From Terriglobales bacterium (GTDB lineage: Bacteria; Acidobacteriota; Terriglobia; Terriglobales; Acidobacteriaceae), in contig CAWDJD010000003.1 in NCBI GenBank assembly GCA_963802555.1, forward strand, positions 88,971 to 152,970: 64,000 bases of DNA. The letters are read 5' to 3'. Positions 50,106 through 62,498 of the stretch are shown one piece after another. A program made the position numbers and the translations under genes. The notes under the pieces are model-generated. The model did not search any database and was not told where the DNA came from. It saw nothing but the letters and a program-made list of their open reading frames with translations. The number at the start of each line of letters is the position of its first letter. Position 1 is the first letter of the stretch.

Positions 50106-50570
50106 TTACTTCGCCTTGCTGGGATCGTCCGCAGGGTTGATGTAGTCCACCCTTACCGGCGACATCCCGTGAATCTGGATAATGGTCGGACCGCTGGCCA
50201 TCGCATAGTGGTGCATCTCGGGATCGAGATAAGCGAAGCTGCCGGCGGGAAAGCTCATCATGTGGGCGGCGTCGAACTTGTCTCCCATGCCGACTTTCAG
50301 TGTCCCCGAAATTACCGTCACATTCTCGCGAGCAGGATGCGTGTGGGGGGCGATCTTGTATCCGGCGGGCATCTTGAGGCGAATCGTATAGTCTCCCGAT
50401 GACGCCATGGGATCACCTTCCAGTACCGCCAGTTTCGCGCCGGGCCGCAAGAATGACGGCACCGGCCCAAACTTCACCTGGGCGGGAGTAAAAGCGTTTT
50501 GCGGTGCTCCGGATTGCGAGAATGACGCTGCCACGAGCAGTAAAAAAACAAAGACGGAAATCTTCTTCAT
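50106..50570 (-). CDS. secreted cupin-domain protein
   Basis: Signal peptide MKKISVFVFLLLVAASFS. Cupin motifs: KIAPHTHPARENVTVISGTL and PAGSFAYLDPEMHHY. Confidence 0.75.
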   Translation of the reverse strand: MKKISVFVFLLLVAASFSQSGAPQNAFTPAQVKFGPVPSFLRPGAKLAVLEGDPMASSGDYTIRLKMPAGYKIAPHTHPARENVTVISGTLKVGMGDKFDAAHMMSFPAGSFAYLDPEMHHYAMASGPTIIQIHGMSPVRVDYINPADDPSKAK

Positions 50571-50920
50571 GTCGTTTGTCTCCTAAAAGAAACGGTAGAT
50601 TGCAATGCCGATAGGTATAGCACTTTTTGCACCGCCGAGCACGCAGAGAGCACCGAGAAAAATCCAAGACATGATCTCTCAGCGCTCTCCGCGAACTCGG
50701 CGGTGGAAGCACTCCGGGGTCCATTACCTCGGTACCGCCCGCGCTGACAAAATTTTTCAAATATTTTCTTGCATCTGTGGAAATTTCCCGTAATCTCATG
50801 AATGCGAACTAACTCAAGCGCAGCTTCTGGAATCTCTCCCCACCGGAAGACCCGGAGCGCGTGCAGCACGCGTGAAGGCGTGGCTGAGAGTGAGTCGCCC
50901 AAGGTAGGGACACATCGAAA

Positions 50921-52324
50921 TTGGCAACAGCTAGCGCGCCGCGTCAACAAATCCAGCCACCCACCGTCATCCCCAGCCGGAAAAAATCAGTCCGCCTAAC
51001 CCTCTGGCCCCTGGTCGCCGCCACCTTCTTTATGGTGTCGGGCGGCACTTATGGCACTGAAGACATCGTGCATGGCGCCGGCTACGGGCGGGCGATCCTC
51101 ATTCTGTTGCTGACTCCCATTCTCTGGAGCCTGCCCACTGCGTTGATGATTGGCGAACTCTCCAGCGCACTGCCTGCCGAAGGCGGCTACTACGCCTGGG
51201 TGCGCCGCGCCATGGGCGATTTCTGGGGGTTCCAGGAAGCCTGGCTGTCGCTGGTTGCGTCGATCTTCGACATGGCCATCTATCCGACCTTGTTTGTGCT
51301 TTATCTCACTCGCATGCTCCCCTGGTTTGCTCAGGGATATCGGGGAGTGATTGTGGGACTGGCGGTAGTGATCGCTTGTGCGTTGCTGAATATTGCCGGA
51401 GTTAAAGTGGTGTCGACCACTTCTCTGTGGCTGTTCTTCGCTTTGTCGGCCCCGTTCGTGGCGATGGTAATTTTGGCGCCCTTTAAATATGGAGCTTTGT
51501 TGCACGCCGTGACCACGCCCACCACTTCCAAGGTAGACATGATCGGCGGCCTGCTGATCGCCATGTGGAACTACATGGGCTGGGACAACGCGTCCACGAT
51601 TGCCGTGGAAGTCGAAAAACCGCAGCGGACTTATCCGCGGGCGATGCTGGCGGCGGTTGGCATTGTTGGCCTGAGCTACATTCTGCCCACAGCGGCAGTG
51701 TGGATGACCGGCCTCTCGCCGAGCGCATGGGAAACCGGGTCCTGGGCGGAAATCGCCGGACTGCTGGGCGGGCCGTTTCTCCGGATCGCCCTGGTTCTCG
51801 GCGGCATGATCAGCGCCTTCGGGATGTTCAACGCCCTGGTGATGAGCTATTCGCGCCTGCCTTTGGCGATGGCCCAGGACGGCATGTTACCGAGCGTGTT
51901 TGGCAAACTGCATTCCAAGACGCGAGCACCGTGGGTGGCGATCTCGGTCTGTGCGGTGGGTTGGGCTCTGTGCCTCGGGTTGGGATTCGCCCGGCTGGTT
52001 ACGATTGACATCCTTCTCTACGGCTGTAGTTTGGGGTTGGAGTTCGTTGCACTGATCGCCCTGCGCGTCCGCGAGCCCAATCTGCCGCGTGCCTTCCGCG
52101 TTCCCGGCGGCATGTTCGGCGCGGCAGCGATTGGGATCGCTCCCATGCTGCTGCTGGGCCTAGCTATTTTCCGCAGCGAGACCGAGCAGGTGCTGGGGAT
52201 GAGTTCCTTTGCATTTGGAATGATTCTCATCGGCGCTGGCGTAGTGGCCTACGGCCTAAATCATGCGCTGAAGCCCCAAGGATGGGCCTCGGTGGCAGCC
52301 CAGAAACCAGAAACTGCCGCCTAA
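50921..52324 (+). CDS. APC-family amino acid permease
   Basis: About 12 hydrophobic segments. N-terminal FFMVSGGTYGTEDIV and ELSSALPAEGGYYAWV are typical APC motifs. The TTG start is uncertain. Confidence 0.85.
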   Translation: MATASAPRQQIQPPTVIPSRKKSVRLTLWPLVAATFFMVSGGTYGTEDIVHGAGYGRAILILLLTPILWSLPTALMIGELSSALPAEGGYYAWVRRAMGDFWGFQEAWLSLVASIFDMAIYPTLFVLYLTRMLPWFAQGYRGVIVGLAVVIACALLNIAGVKVVSTTSLWLFFALSAPFVAMVILAPFKYGALLHAVTTPTTSKVDMIGGLLIAMWNYMGWDNASTIAVEVEKPQRTYPRAMLAAVGIVGLSYILPTAAVWMTGLSPSAWETGSWAEIAGLLGGPFLRIALVLGGMISAFGMFNALVMSYSRLPLAMAQDGMLPSVFGKLHSKTRAPWVAISVCAVGWALCLGLGFARLVTIDILLYGCSLGLEFVALIALRVREPNLPRAFRVPGGMFGAAAIGIAPMLLLGLAIFRSETEQVLGMSSFAFGMILIGAGVVAYGLNHALKPQGWASVAAQKPETAA

Positions 52325-52368
52325 ACTCCTTCCCAACTGGAATGGTTTCGAGACACCCTCTCACCCTT

Positions 52369-52452
52369 GTCATTCCGAGAAGCGTAGCGACGAGCAATCG
52401 CCTGTCTGCCGGGTGTTTGGGGAAGCAGACTTCTCGCTTCGCTCGAAATGGC
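52369..52452. repeat. REP variant (gtcattccgagaagcg ... cgcttcgctcgaaatggc)
   Basis: Imperfect terminal inverted repeats related to the gtcat(c/t)c(c/t)gag termini of the other elements. Intergenic. Confidence 0.55.
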
Positions 52453-52532
52453 AATGGATTGTGCATTGAGCTGAGAGACGCAGTTTGCTGCGTCGCTTTG
52501 GCTTTTTAGGGTAGTATTTGTCGCAGGCAGCC

Positions 52533-52934
52533 ATGACCAAGCGTAAATCCAAAGGAGCGTACATGATCTCGGCGGTCGCCGAGATGTATGGCATCCATCC
52601 GCAGACGCTGCGGCTTTACGAACGCGAGGGCCTGCTCAAACCTTCGCGCACCGAGGGCAATACTCGCCTCTATACTGACGAAGACCTACAGCGCCTGGAA
52701 TTCATTCTGTCGCTGGCTCGCGATCTGGGCGTAAACATCAGCGGCATGGCCATCATCCTGCAAATGCGTGAACGCATGGAAGAAATGCAGCGCCAGATAC
52801 AGGATTTCGTGAAATACATTCAGGAAGAAGTGCTGTTGCGCGCTAGCGCCGCCGCTGATCCGTCGAAAGGCGCGATTGTGCCGATCAGGAGACCCTTCGT
52901 TACTCCTGCCCCAACACAAAGCAGAAAAAAATAA
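52533..52934 (+). CDS. MerR-family regulator, HspR-like
   Basis: YMISAVAEMYGIHPQTLRLYEREGLLKPSRTEGNTRLYTDEDLQRLEFI resembles the heat-shock repressor HspR. The ORF is open from TTG at 52518. Confidence 0.8.
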   Translation: MTKRKSKGAYMISAVAEMYGIHPQTLRLYEREGLLKPSRTEGNTRLYTDEDLQRLEFILSLARDLGVNISGMAIILQMRERMEEMQRQIQDFVKYIQEEVLLRASAAADPSKGAIVPIRRPFVTPAPTQSRKK

Positions 52935-52945
52935 CTTTTACTCTT

Positions 52946-53091
52946 GTCATCTTGAGCGGCGTAACTGTTTCGCGAAGCGAAGCAGTTGCGGAGTCGAAAG
53001 ACCCCTATGGCCCCACTTCATCTTCGCGCTAGGGGTCCTTCGACTCCGTGGTTGCTTCGCTTCGCGCAGCAACCACTGCGCTCAGGATGAC
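52946..53091. repeat. full-length palindromic MITE/REP-like element
   Basis: gtcatcttgagcgg ... gagtcgaaagaccccta ... taggggtccttcgactc ... gcgctcaggatgac. Confidence 0.85.
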
Positions 53092-53122
53092 AGGGGGTGA
53101 GAGTTATGATGGATGATTCAAC

Positions 53123-54106
53123 ATGCTTCCTTTCAAGCTCATCTATAGCGACGATTATTTCCTTCCCATCGGCCAGCATGTGTTCCCGGCGGAAAAATAC
53201 CGCCGCATTCATGACCGGTTGATCGAAGCCGGTGTGGCTGATTCGTCGGATTTCCTAACGCCGCAGCCCGCATCTGATCGGGACATCCTGCTCGTCCACA
53301 CGCCAGCGTACGTCCACAAACTTAAGACAGGTACTCTTTCTCCACGCGAAGAAGCCGAGATGGAGATTCCCTTCTCGCCGGAACTAGTGCGGGCCTTCTG
53401 GCTGGCTGCTGGGGGGTCCATTCTGGCTGCCGAGAATGCGTTGAAAGATCGCGTCGCTTTCAACATTGGTGGCGGATTCCATCACGCCTTCCCCGATCAC
53501 GGCGAAGGCTTCTGCATGATTCACGATGTGGCGGTCGCCATCCGCTACATGCAGCATTCCAATAAGATCACGCGGGCGATGACCGTGGACTGCGATGTTC
53601 ACCAGGGGAACGGGACTGCGGCAATCTTTGCTGGGGTGCGAGTTCCCAGCGATCCTCTGCCATCGACCGGAGCGGCAACCCTGCAGCCGGCAAAAATACG
53701 CACCGCCCACGCTGGTGACGTTTTCACCATTTCGCTGCATCAAGAGAACAACTACCCGGCCAGGAAACCGCCATCATCAATCGATGTGGACTTGCCCGAC
53801 GGCATCGGCGACGACGATTATCTCGCCTGGCTCGACAACGCCCTGAGTTCCGGCCTGCGCCAGTTCGAACCGGATTTAATTTGCTACATCGCGGGGGCGG
53901 ACCCGTATCGCGAAGACCAACTCGGCGCGCTGAATCTCACTATCGAAGGCCTGAAGCGGCGCGATGAACTGGTCTTCCGCGTGGCGAGGACGCGCAATAT
54001 TCCGGTGATGGTGACCTACGCCGGGGGCTACGCCCGGCACGTCGAGGATACGGTGATCATTCATTGCAATACGGTGATTGCGGCGAAGAAGATCTTCGTG
54101 GGTTAG
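53123..54106 (+). CDS. histone-deacetylase-family (arginase/deacetylase fold) protein
   Basis: Motifs: GGFHHAFPDHGEGFCMIHDV, DCDVHQGNGTA, YAGGY. Contains a roughly 30-aa insert (VRVPSDPLPSTGAATLQPAKIRTAHAGDV). Confidence 0.85.
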   Translation: MLPFKLIYSDDYFLPIGQHVFPAEKYRRIHDRLIEAGVADSSDFLTPQPASDRDILLVHTPAYVHKLKTGTLSPREEAEMEIPFSPELVRAFWLAAGGSILAAENALKDRVAFNIGGGFHHAFPDHGEGFCMIHDVAVAIRYMQHSNKITRAMTVDCDVHQGNGTAAIFAGVRVPSDPLPSTGAATLQPAKIRTAHAGDVFTISLHQENNYPARKPPSSIDVDLPDGIGDDDYLAWLDNALSSGLRQFEPDLICYIAGADPYREDQLGALNLTIEGLKRRDELVFRVARTRNIPVMVTYAGGYARHVEDTVIIHCNTVIAAKKIFVG

Positions 54107-54141
54107 ATCTGTTAGGAGCCACGCCCGACCTCAACTTCATC

Positions 54142-54217
54142 GTGGAAGAGCGGCCCTTTCAGGGCCGCGTGTTGTGATCTGCACGACTACGCGGCGCTGA
54201 AGGCGCCGCTCTTCCAC
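54142..54217. repeat. REP-like long hairpin (gtggaagagcggc ... gccgctcttccac)
   Basis: 13-bp perfect terminal arms with internal sub-hairpins (gcggccctttcagggccgcg; gcggcgctgaaggcgccgc). Lies between the HDAC-like gene and ffh. Confidence 0.6.
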
Positions 54218-54256
54218 GTCACTCAAAGGCAACTGCTAAAATGGTTTCGCACCCAT

Positions 54257-55615
54257 ATGTTTGAGAATCTTTCAGAAAAGCTGCAACGCGCGTTTAAGAC
54301 CCTCCGCGGCGAAGCTGTCCTCAATGAAGAGAACATCGGCGCGGCGCTCCGCGAGATCCGGCTGGCGCTGCTGGAAGCGGACGTCAACTTCAAAGTTGTC
54401 AAACAGCTGATTGAGCACATTCAGGAGAAGGCTGTCGGCCAGCAAGTGGCGACTGCACTCTCGCCGGGCGAGCAGGTCATCAAGATTCTGCGCGACGAAT
54501 TGATCGCGACCCTCGGCAGCGATACTGCCAAGGTAAAGTTCGCCTCGCAACCGCCGACTGTCATTCTGATGGCCGGCCTGCAGGGTTCCGGTAAGACGAC
54601 CACGTCGGGCAAGCTGGCCAACTGGTTGAAGCTTGGCGGGCACCGGCCGCTGCTGGTTTCAGTGGACGTTTACCGGCCCGCCGCTCGCGAGCAACTCAAA
54701 GTAGTTGCTCAGGCGATCAAAGCCAACATCTATGAAGGCCAGGTGGGCGAGGCCAATACTGCGACTGTCGAACGCCTCGCGAAAGAAGCCCGTAAAGAAG
54801 CCATCATCAGTGGTTCCGATGTGCTCATCGTTGACACCGCCGGACGCCTACACATCGACGATCAGCTCATGGAGGAAATGCAGTCGCTCAAGCGGATTCT
54901 GAATCCGCAGGAAATTCTGTTCGTGGCCGACGCCATGACCGGCCAGGACGCGGTAAACTCCGCCGACGAGTTCCACAAGAAGCTCGCGCTCACCGGCGTG
55001 GTGCTGACAAAAATGGACGGCGACGCCCGCGGCGGCGCGGCGCTTTCCATTCGTCAGGTCACTGGACAGCCTATAAAGTTCATTGGCGTCGGTGAAAAAT
55101 ATGATGCGCTTGAGCCATTCCACCCCGACCGCATTGTTTCCCGCATTCTCGGCATGGGGGACATTCTCTCGCTGATCGAAAAGGCCGAGCAGAATGTCGA
55201 CAAGAAAAAAGCCGAAGAGATGGCCACCAAGGCGCTCTCTGGCGACGGCTTTTCTTTGGAGGATTTTCGCGATCAGTTGCGCCAGGTCAAGAAAATGGGC
55301 TCGATCAAGAGTCTGATGGGAATGCTGCCCAGCGTCGGGCCGTTTTCAGGGCTGCAAAAGGCCGCCGATAACGTGGATGAGAAGCAGATTGACCGGGTCG
55401 AAGCCATCATCAATTCGATGACTTCACACGAACGCCTGCATCATGAGGTGATCAACGGCAGCCGCCGCAAACGCATCTCCCGCGGCTCCGGAACCAGTGT
55501 GCAGGAAGTCAACAATCTGCTCCGCCAGTATGTGCAAATGAAGAAGATGTTCAAGCAGATTGGGAAACCCAGCTTCGCCCGACGGCTGGCCGGAATGAAG
55601 ATGCCGGGCGCGTAA
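54257..55615 (+). CDS. ffh: signal recognition particle protein
   Basis: N, G and M domains are recognisable: GLQGSGKTTTSGKLA, DTAGRLH, TKMDGDARGGAALS, and a Met-rich M domain. Confidence 0.97.
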   Translation: MFENLSEKLQRAFKTLRGEAVLNEENIGAALREIRLALLEADVNFKVVKQLIEHIQEKAVGQQVATALSPGEQVIKILRDELIATLGSDTAKVKFASQPPTVILMAGLQGSGKTTTSGKLANWLKLGGHRPLLVSVDVYRPAAREQLKVVAQAIKANIYEGQVGEANTATVERLAKEARKEAIISGSDVLIVDTAGRLHIDDQLMEEMQSLKRILNPQEILFVADAMTGQDAVNSADEFHKKLALTGVVLTKMDGDARGGAALSIRQVTGQPIKFIGVGEKYDALEPFHPDRIVSRILGMGDILSLIEKAEQNVDKKKAEEMATKALSGDGFSLEDFRDQLRQVKKMGSIKSLMGMLPSVGPFSGLQKAADNVDEKQIDRVEAIINSMTSHERLHHEVINGSRRKRISRGSGTSVQEVNNLLRQYVQMKKMFKQIGKPSFARRLAGMKMPGA

Positions 55616-55686
55616 AAGCTGCTTCGGAAAGACTCGTTGGAGTCGAGAGATTTTGCTGATAGCTGGAAGCTGACGGCTGACTCTAT

Positions 55687-56374
55687 GAAATGGCGCTCCC
55701 TCGAGGAATCTGGCCCGTCGACTGACATCCGTCCGCTGCGTGAAATTTTCGCCGAGCGGAAAGAACTCATCGCCAAATATGTCTCGCGGGAGACTCAGGC
55801 CATCCATACCCGCGCCATTGCAGAGCTCCAACAATCCGACATTTCGGAGCGTGTTCTATCCGTTGGCGTGAAGGCTCCAGCGTTCGAGCTCAAAGATCAC
55901 AATGGCAAATCAGTTTCTTCGATTGATCTGCTGAGTAAAGGCCGCCTGGTGATCTGCTTTTTTCGTGGACGCTGGTGTCCATTCTGCGTAGGGCAGCTTG
56001 AGGCAATGAATCTGATTCTGCCCGAGATCAAAGATGCTGGTGCATCGCTGGTGGCGATTTCTCCCCAGACTGTTCAGCAATCTTTCTTCATGGCCGACCA
56101 GCACAAGCTGCGTTTTCCATTGCTCAGCGACGCCAACAATGAGGTCGCGCAACAATTCGGGCTCGCCTATCGCGTCCCCGATTATCAACAGTCTGTTTAC
56201 CGGCGGGCGATGATTAATTTGCCATTCGCCAATGGGGACGACAGTTGGCGACTGCCCATGCCAGCGACTTTTATTCTCGATCGCGATGGCAACGTCCTCT
56301 ACGCTTCGGCCAATCCGGACTACACTGAGCGCGCGGAACCGACGGAAATCCTGCAAAAACTCGCGCCGCTTTAG
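55687..56374 (+). CDS. peroxiredoxin-like (AhpC/TSA, thioredoxin-fold) protein
   Basis: APAFELKDHNGKSVSSIDLL..GRLVICFFRGRWCPFCVGQL. The start is uncertain and the ORF is open from TTG at 55637. Confidence 0.75.
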
Positions 56375-56419
56375 CTCCAGCCCGCAATCTCGAACCGAAA
56401 GACAGATCTTTGCATTAGT

Positions 56420-59212
<2,793 letters not shown>

Positions 59213-59234
59213 TGGTTCCCACGAAATGAGAGAC

Positions 59235-59268
59235 AGGCGGCGCTTCCGGTGCGCGGGAAGCGCTGCCT
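59235..59268. terminator. hairpin between convergent ppc and a small gene (terminator candidate)
   Basis: aggcggcgcttcc - ggtgcgc - gggaagcgctgcct. A 13-14 bp stem with one mismatch. Confidence 0.55.
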
Positions 59269-59287
59269 ATCCGATCGATTCCGAATC

Positions 59288-59521
59288 CTAGTCAGCTTCC
59301 ATGCAAATACGCAATTGGCGGTCGGCTTCGTCGATCGCACGGATTGCGTCAATGCGATGTCCATGGAAGTCGTGCGCCGCATGTTGCAGGTGTTCTTTGG
59401 CATTGTGCAGCGCATCAATAGCTGCGCGGATTTCTGGATGGCGCTCGAATGCCGGTGAAGTTGGAGTGAAAGCCATCATTAAGGCCATCACCGTTAAAAT
59501 GCCGATTGTTTTCCTCTTCAT
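59288..59521 (-). CDS. small secreted His-rich helical protein (hypothetical)
   Basis: 77 codons. Signal peptide MKRKTIGILTVMALMMAFT, followed by helical HPEIRAAIDALHNAKEHLQHAAHDFHGH. Confidence 0.5.
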   Translation of the reverse strand: MKRKTIGILTVMALMMAFTPTSPAFERHPEIRAAIDALHNAKEHLQHAAHDFHGHRIDAIRAIDEADRQLRICMEAD

Positions 59522-59762
59522 TGATTTCTCCTCTGTGCTCGGTCCGACTTAAGGCTCGGACTGCCGTCTGGTGCTTTTCGCTAAAATGTCGCTCCCGGGC
59601 ACGCGAGACCCGGCCAACGCGTCCCGCCCAAGCAAGCTGGAGCCTTTTCGGCAGATTTTACTACTACGCTGCAGGATTGAAACCGGCTGTACATGTTGAG
59701 TCAACAATCAAACGACGGTTGCGAATGGCGTAAAACTGCCCTTAGCAGGCGACTTTTCCACC

Positions 59763-59791
59763 TTGCCATCTCGCCTAAGTTACGGCATAAT
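59763..59791 (+). promoter_or_regulatory. sigma-70-type promoter for the rpsP operon (TTGCCA-N17-CATAAT)
   Basis: TTGCCA at 59763-59768 and CATAAT at 59786-59791 with 17-nt spacing. About 55 nt upstream of rpsP. Confidence 0.5.
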
Positions 59792-59848
59792 AATGGTTTG
59801 TCTCATCCCTGCCGGGTGGACTAGGAAAGGAAACAAAGCTCTGTGTTA

Positions 59849-60100
59849 ATGATTCGTCTATCGCGCACGGGTGCGCGCAAGCAACCGCATTATCGGGTGG
59901 TCGTGATCGAAAAGGAACGCGCCCGCAACGGACGGCCGGTCGAGGTCGTGGGTACGTACAATCCTCGCACCGAACCTGCCAGCATCGAACTCAAGCGTGA
60001 GCGCATTACCTACTGGATTTCCAAAGGCGCCCAGATGTCGGACCGGGTCAGCAAGATCGTGTCCAAGCCAGTTCCGGTTGCTGCCGGTTCGGTTGCCTAA
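59849..60100 (+). CDS. rpsP: 30S ribosomal protein S16
   Basis: MIRLSRTGARKQPHYRVVV..GTYNP. The ORF is open from GTG at 59843. Confidence 0.95.
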   Translation: MIRLSRTGARKQPHYRVVVIEKERARNGRPVEVVGTYNPRTEPASIELKRERITYWISKGAQMSDRVSKIVSKPVPVAAGSVA

Positions 60101-60149
60101 ATCCCAGTGTTTGTCCCGAAAAGCCTAACCAGCCCGTCAGGAGCCCGTT

Positions 60150-60416
60150 TTGACTGAGCCGACAATCAGCGCGCCAAGTGCAAACGTGCGAACGATGATC
60201 GAGAAGGTCGCGAAGGCGCTGGTCGAAGCCCCGGACGCTGTCTCCGTCTCACAGGTTGATGAAGGACCGGAAACAGTCCTCGAACTCACCGTGGCGGAAA
60301 GCGACATGGGCAGAGTCATCGGCAAACAGGGACGGACAGTGCGGGCCATGCGGAATTTAGTGGGTGCGGCTGGTGTGAAGGCCAACAAGCGCTACGTGCT
60401 GGAAATCCTCGAATAG
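60150..60416 (+). CDS. KH-domain RNA-binding protein (UPF0109 family)
   Basis: LELTVAESDMGRVIGKQGRTVRAMRNLV contains the GxxG KH motif. It sits in the conserved position between rpsP and rimM. Confidence 0.85.
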   Translation: MTEPTISAPSANVRTMIEKVAKALVEAPDAVSVSQVDEGPETVLELTVAESDMGRVIGKQGRTVRAMRNLVGAAGVKANKRYVLEILE

Positions 60417-60443
60417 TGGGTTCTGGAATTGGCGGAGTCGGCC

Positions 60444-61004
60444 ATGTCTGACGACTTCATCACGCTCGCCTGGGTCCGCAAGACGCAGGGACGCATTGGA
60501 GAAGTGGCCGTCGAGCCGCAAACCGGCGTCCCGGATCGATTCCACGAGGACATGCGTCTGTGGGCACTGGCTGAAGACGGTAAGAGGCGGGAATTGTTAC
60601 TGGAAGGATTCTGGCCGCACAAGGGCCAATTGGTTTTCAAATTTGCCGGCGTGGATTCGATTTCCGACGCCGAGACGCTTCTGAAATGCGAGTTGCAGGT
60701 TCCCCGGTCGGAACGGGCGCAGTTGGAGTCTGGCTGGACTTACGTCAGTGATCTGGTTGGGTGTGTAGTCTTCGACGGAGATCGTGAGATCGGCGAAGTG
60801 AAGGATTTGCAGTTTGGAGCCGGTGAAGCGCCGCTGCTGATCGTACGATCGGGAACGAAAGAATACGAGATCCCTTACGCGGAAGCTTATTTGCGAAAGC
60901 TGGATTTGAACGGCAAGAAGATTTTCATGCAACTGCCCGAAGGCCTGCTCGAAGTAAACGGGCCGCTAACGGCAGAGGAAAAGCAGGAGCAGCAAAAGCA
61001 ATAA
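60444..61004 (+). CDS. rimM: ribosome maturation factor RimM
   Basis: RimM-like N-terminal barrel (ITLAWVRKTQGRIGEVAV) and PRC barrel (DLVGCVVFDGDREIGEVKDL). Position in the rpsP-trmD operon is conserved. Confidence 0.88.
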   Translation: MSDDFITLAWVRKTQGRIGEVAVEPQTGVPDRFHEDMRLWALAEDGKRRELLLEGFWPHKGQLVFKFAGVDSISDAETLLKCELQVPRSERAQLESGWTYVSDLVGCVVFDGDREIGEVKDLQFGAGEAPLLIVRSGTKEYEIPYAEAYLRKLDLNGKKIFMQLPEGLLEVNGPLTAEEKQEQQKQ

Positions 61005-61010
61005 GTTCTT

Positions 61011-61130
61011 GTCATCCTGAGCGGAGTGACTGCTTCGCGAAGCGAAGCAGTCACGGAGTCGAAGGACCCCTATAGCTGAGAGTCTGCCGGGTCTTGGGGG
61101 TGCTTCGAATCCCTCGTCGTTCAGCATGAC
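61011..61130. repeat. palindromic MITE/REP-like element (about 120 bp) inside the rimM-trmD spacer
   Basis: gtcatcctgagcggag ... gagtcgaaggaccccta ... ggggtgcttcgaatc ... gttcagcatgac. Fills most of the 138-bp spacer. Confidence 0.85.
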
Positions 61131-61142
61131 AAGGGGTTTTTA

Positions 61143-61955
61143 ATGAAGATCGATATCTTAACGATCTTTCCCGATTTCTTTCGTGGGCCGCTGGACCATG
61201 GCATCGTCCGCCGGGCGCAGGAAACGGGCTTGGCGACGATAGAGATACACGATCTGCGTACGTTTACGCATGATCGCCACAAGACTGTAGACGACCGCCC
61301 ATTCGGCGGCGGCGAAGGCATGGTGCTGAAGCCGGAACCGATCTTTGAATGTATTGAGACCCTCGGCGTCGCTTCTCGCAAAGTGCGGGTCGAAGGCAGC
61401 GCTAAAGAAAGCTTGGTGCTCCTTTCCGCGCAAGGCAAGCGCTTCGATCAGGCTGTTGCCACCGAACTCGCCAGCCTGGAACGAATCGTCTTGATCTGCG
61501 GACGCTACGAAGGCGTAGATGAGCGTGTCGGCGAACATTTAGCCGATCGCGAGTTGTCCATCGGCGACTACGTGTTAAGCGGCGGCGAGTTGGGCGCGGC
61601 AGTCATTGTGGACGCGGTTACCCGGCTCATCCCCGGAGCCTTGGGGAACGAAGCTTCTTCGCAACAGGAATCGTTCACTACGCAAACCGAGCCACGGGCA
61701 GGAAACGGTGCGAACTCTACCTGTGGGTCGGGTGGTTTGCTGGATTATCCGCATTACACGCGTCCGGCGGACTTTCGTGGCATGGTAATTCCTGAAGTGC
61801 TGGTTTCAGGCAACCACGAAGAAATTCGACGCTGGAGGCGCCGCACCGCGCTGGAAAAAACGCTGCGCAACCGTCCCGAGCTTCTGGAAGGGGCAGCGCT
61901 CAGCGAGGAAGACAAGAAATTGCTGGCCCAGATTACGGGCAACAAGATTCAGTAA
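61143..61955 (+). CDS. trmD: tRNA (guanine37-N1)-methyltransferase
   Basis: Motifs: [57 protein letters not shown]. Confidence 0.96.
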   Translation: MKIDILTIFPDFFRGPLDHGIVRRAQETGLATIEIHDLRTFTHDRHKTVDDRPFGGGEGMVLKPEPIFECIETLGVASRKVRVEGSAKESLVLLSAQGKRFDQAVATELASLERIVLICGRYEGVDERVGEHLADRELSIGDYVLSGGELGAAVIVDAVTRLIPGALGNEASSQQESFTTQTEPRAGNGANSTCGSGGLLDYPHYTRPADFRGMVIPEVLVSGNHEEIRRWRRRTALEKTLRNRPELLEGAALSEEDKKLLAQITGNKIQ

Positions 61956-61993
61956 CGAGATTAGAATTTATTCTGAAATTAGGGGAAACGATC

Positions 61994-62383
61994 ATGTCGA
62001 ACTTGATAATCGAAAAACTTCTGGCCAAAGCCAAACGCACCGACATCCCAGATTTCGTTCCGGGCGACACCGTCCGCGTGCATGTCAAGATCAAGGAAGG
62101 TGACAAGGAACGTCTGCAAGCTTTTGAAGGCGTCGTCATCTCTCTGAGCCGGGGCCCGCAAGCCAGCTTCACCGTCCGCAAGATGAGCTTCGGTCAAGGC
62201 GTCGAACGCATTTTCCCCATGAACGCCAAGGTGATCGACAGAGTGGAACTGGTGCGCTCCTCGAAAGTGCGCCGCGCCAAGCTGTATTATCTGCGCGGAC
62301 TCCGCGGCAAGGCTGCCCGCCTAAAGGACGTCGAGCGTGAGCACCTCGCGGCTGTCATTCCTCGCGAAGAAACAACCTCATAA
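61994..62383 (+). CDS. rplS: 50S ribosomal protein L19
   Basis: [47 protein letters not shown]. Confidence 0.96.
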   Translation: MSNLIIEKLLAKAKRTDIPDFVPGDTVRVHVKIKEGDKERLQAFEGVVISLSRGPQASFTVRKMSFGQGVERIFPMNAKVIDRVELVRSSKVRRAKLYYLRGLRGKAARLKDVEREHLAAVIPREETTS

Positions 62384-62414
62384 TCGAGGCTTAGAAGAGA
62401 GCGGCGGGGGCGCT

Positions 62415-62488
62415 GATTTTGGGTGGCGCAGCGCTTATAGCACTGCGATAAAGACTCGCTACGTGTGTCGGGCTTTAGCCCGAAGGTT
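62415..62488 (+). repeat. REP element (gattttgggtggcgcagcgct..gcgataaa family), second copy
   Basis: Matches 23758-23833 over the first 40 nt or so, and has a similar 3' hairpin. Confidence 0.75.
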
Positions 62489-62498
62489 CCAGCGCCGT

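Noticed and set aside
50571-50920. Possible riboswitch (glycine-like CACCGGAAG / CTGGA..CTCTCC) in the 350-bp leader of the amino acid permease.
   Set aside because: The core GGAGAG...CACCGAAGGGGCAA...CUCAGGCAAAAGGAC elements are not present in either orientation. There are only short chance matches.
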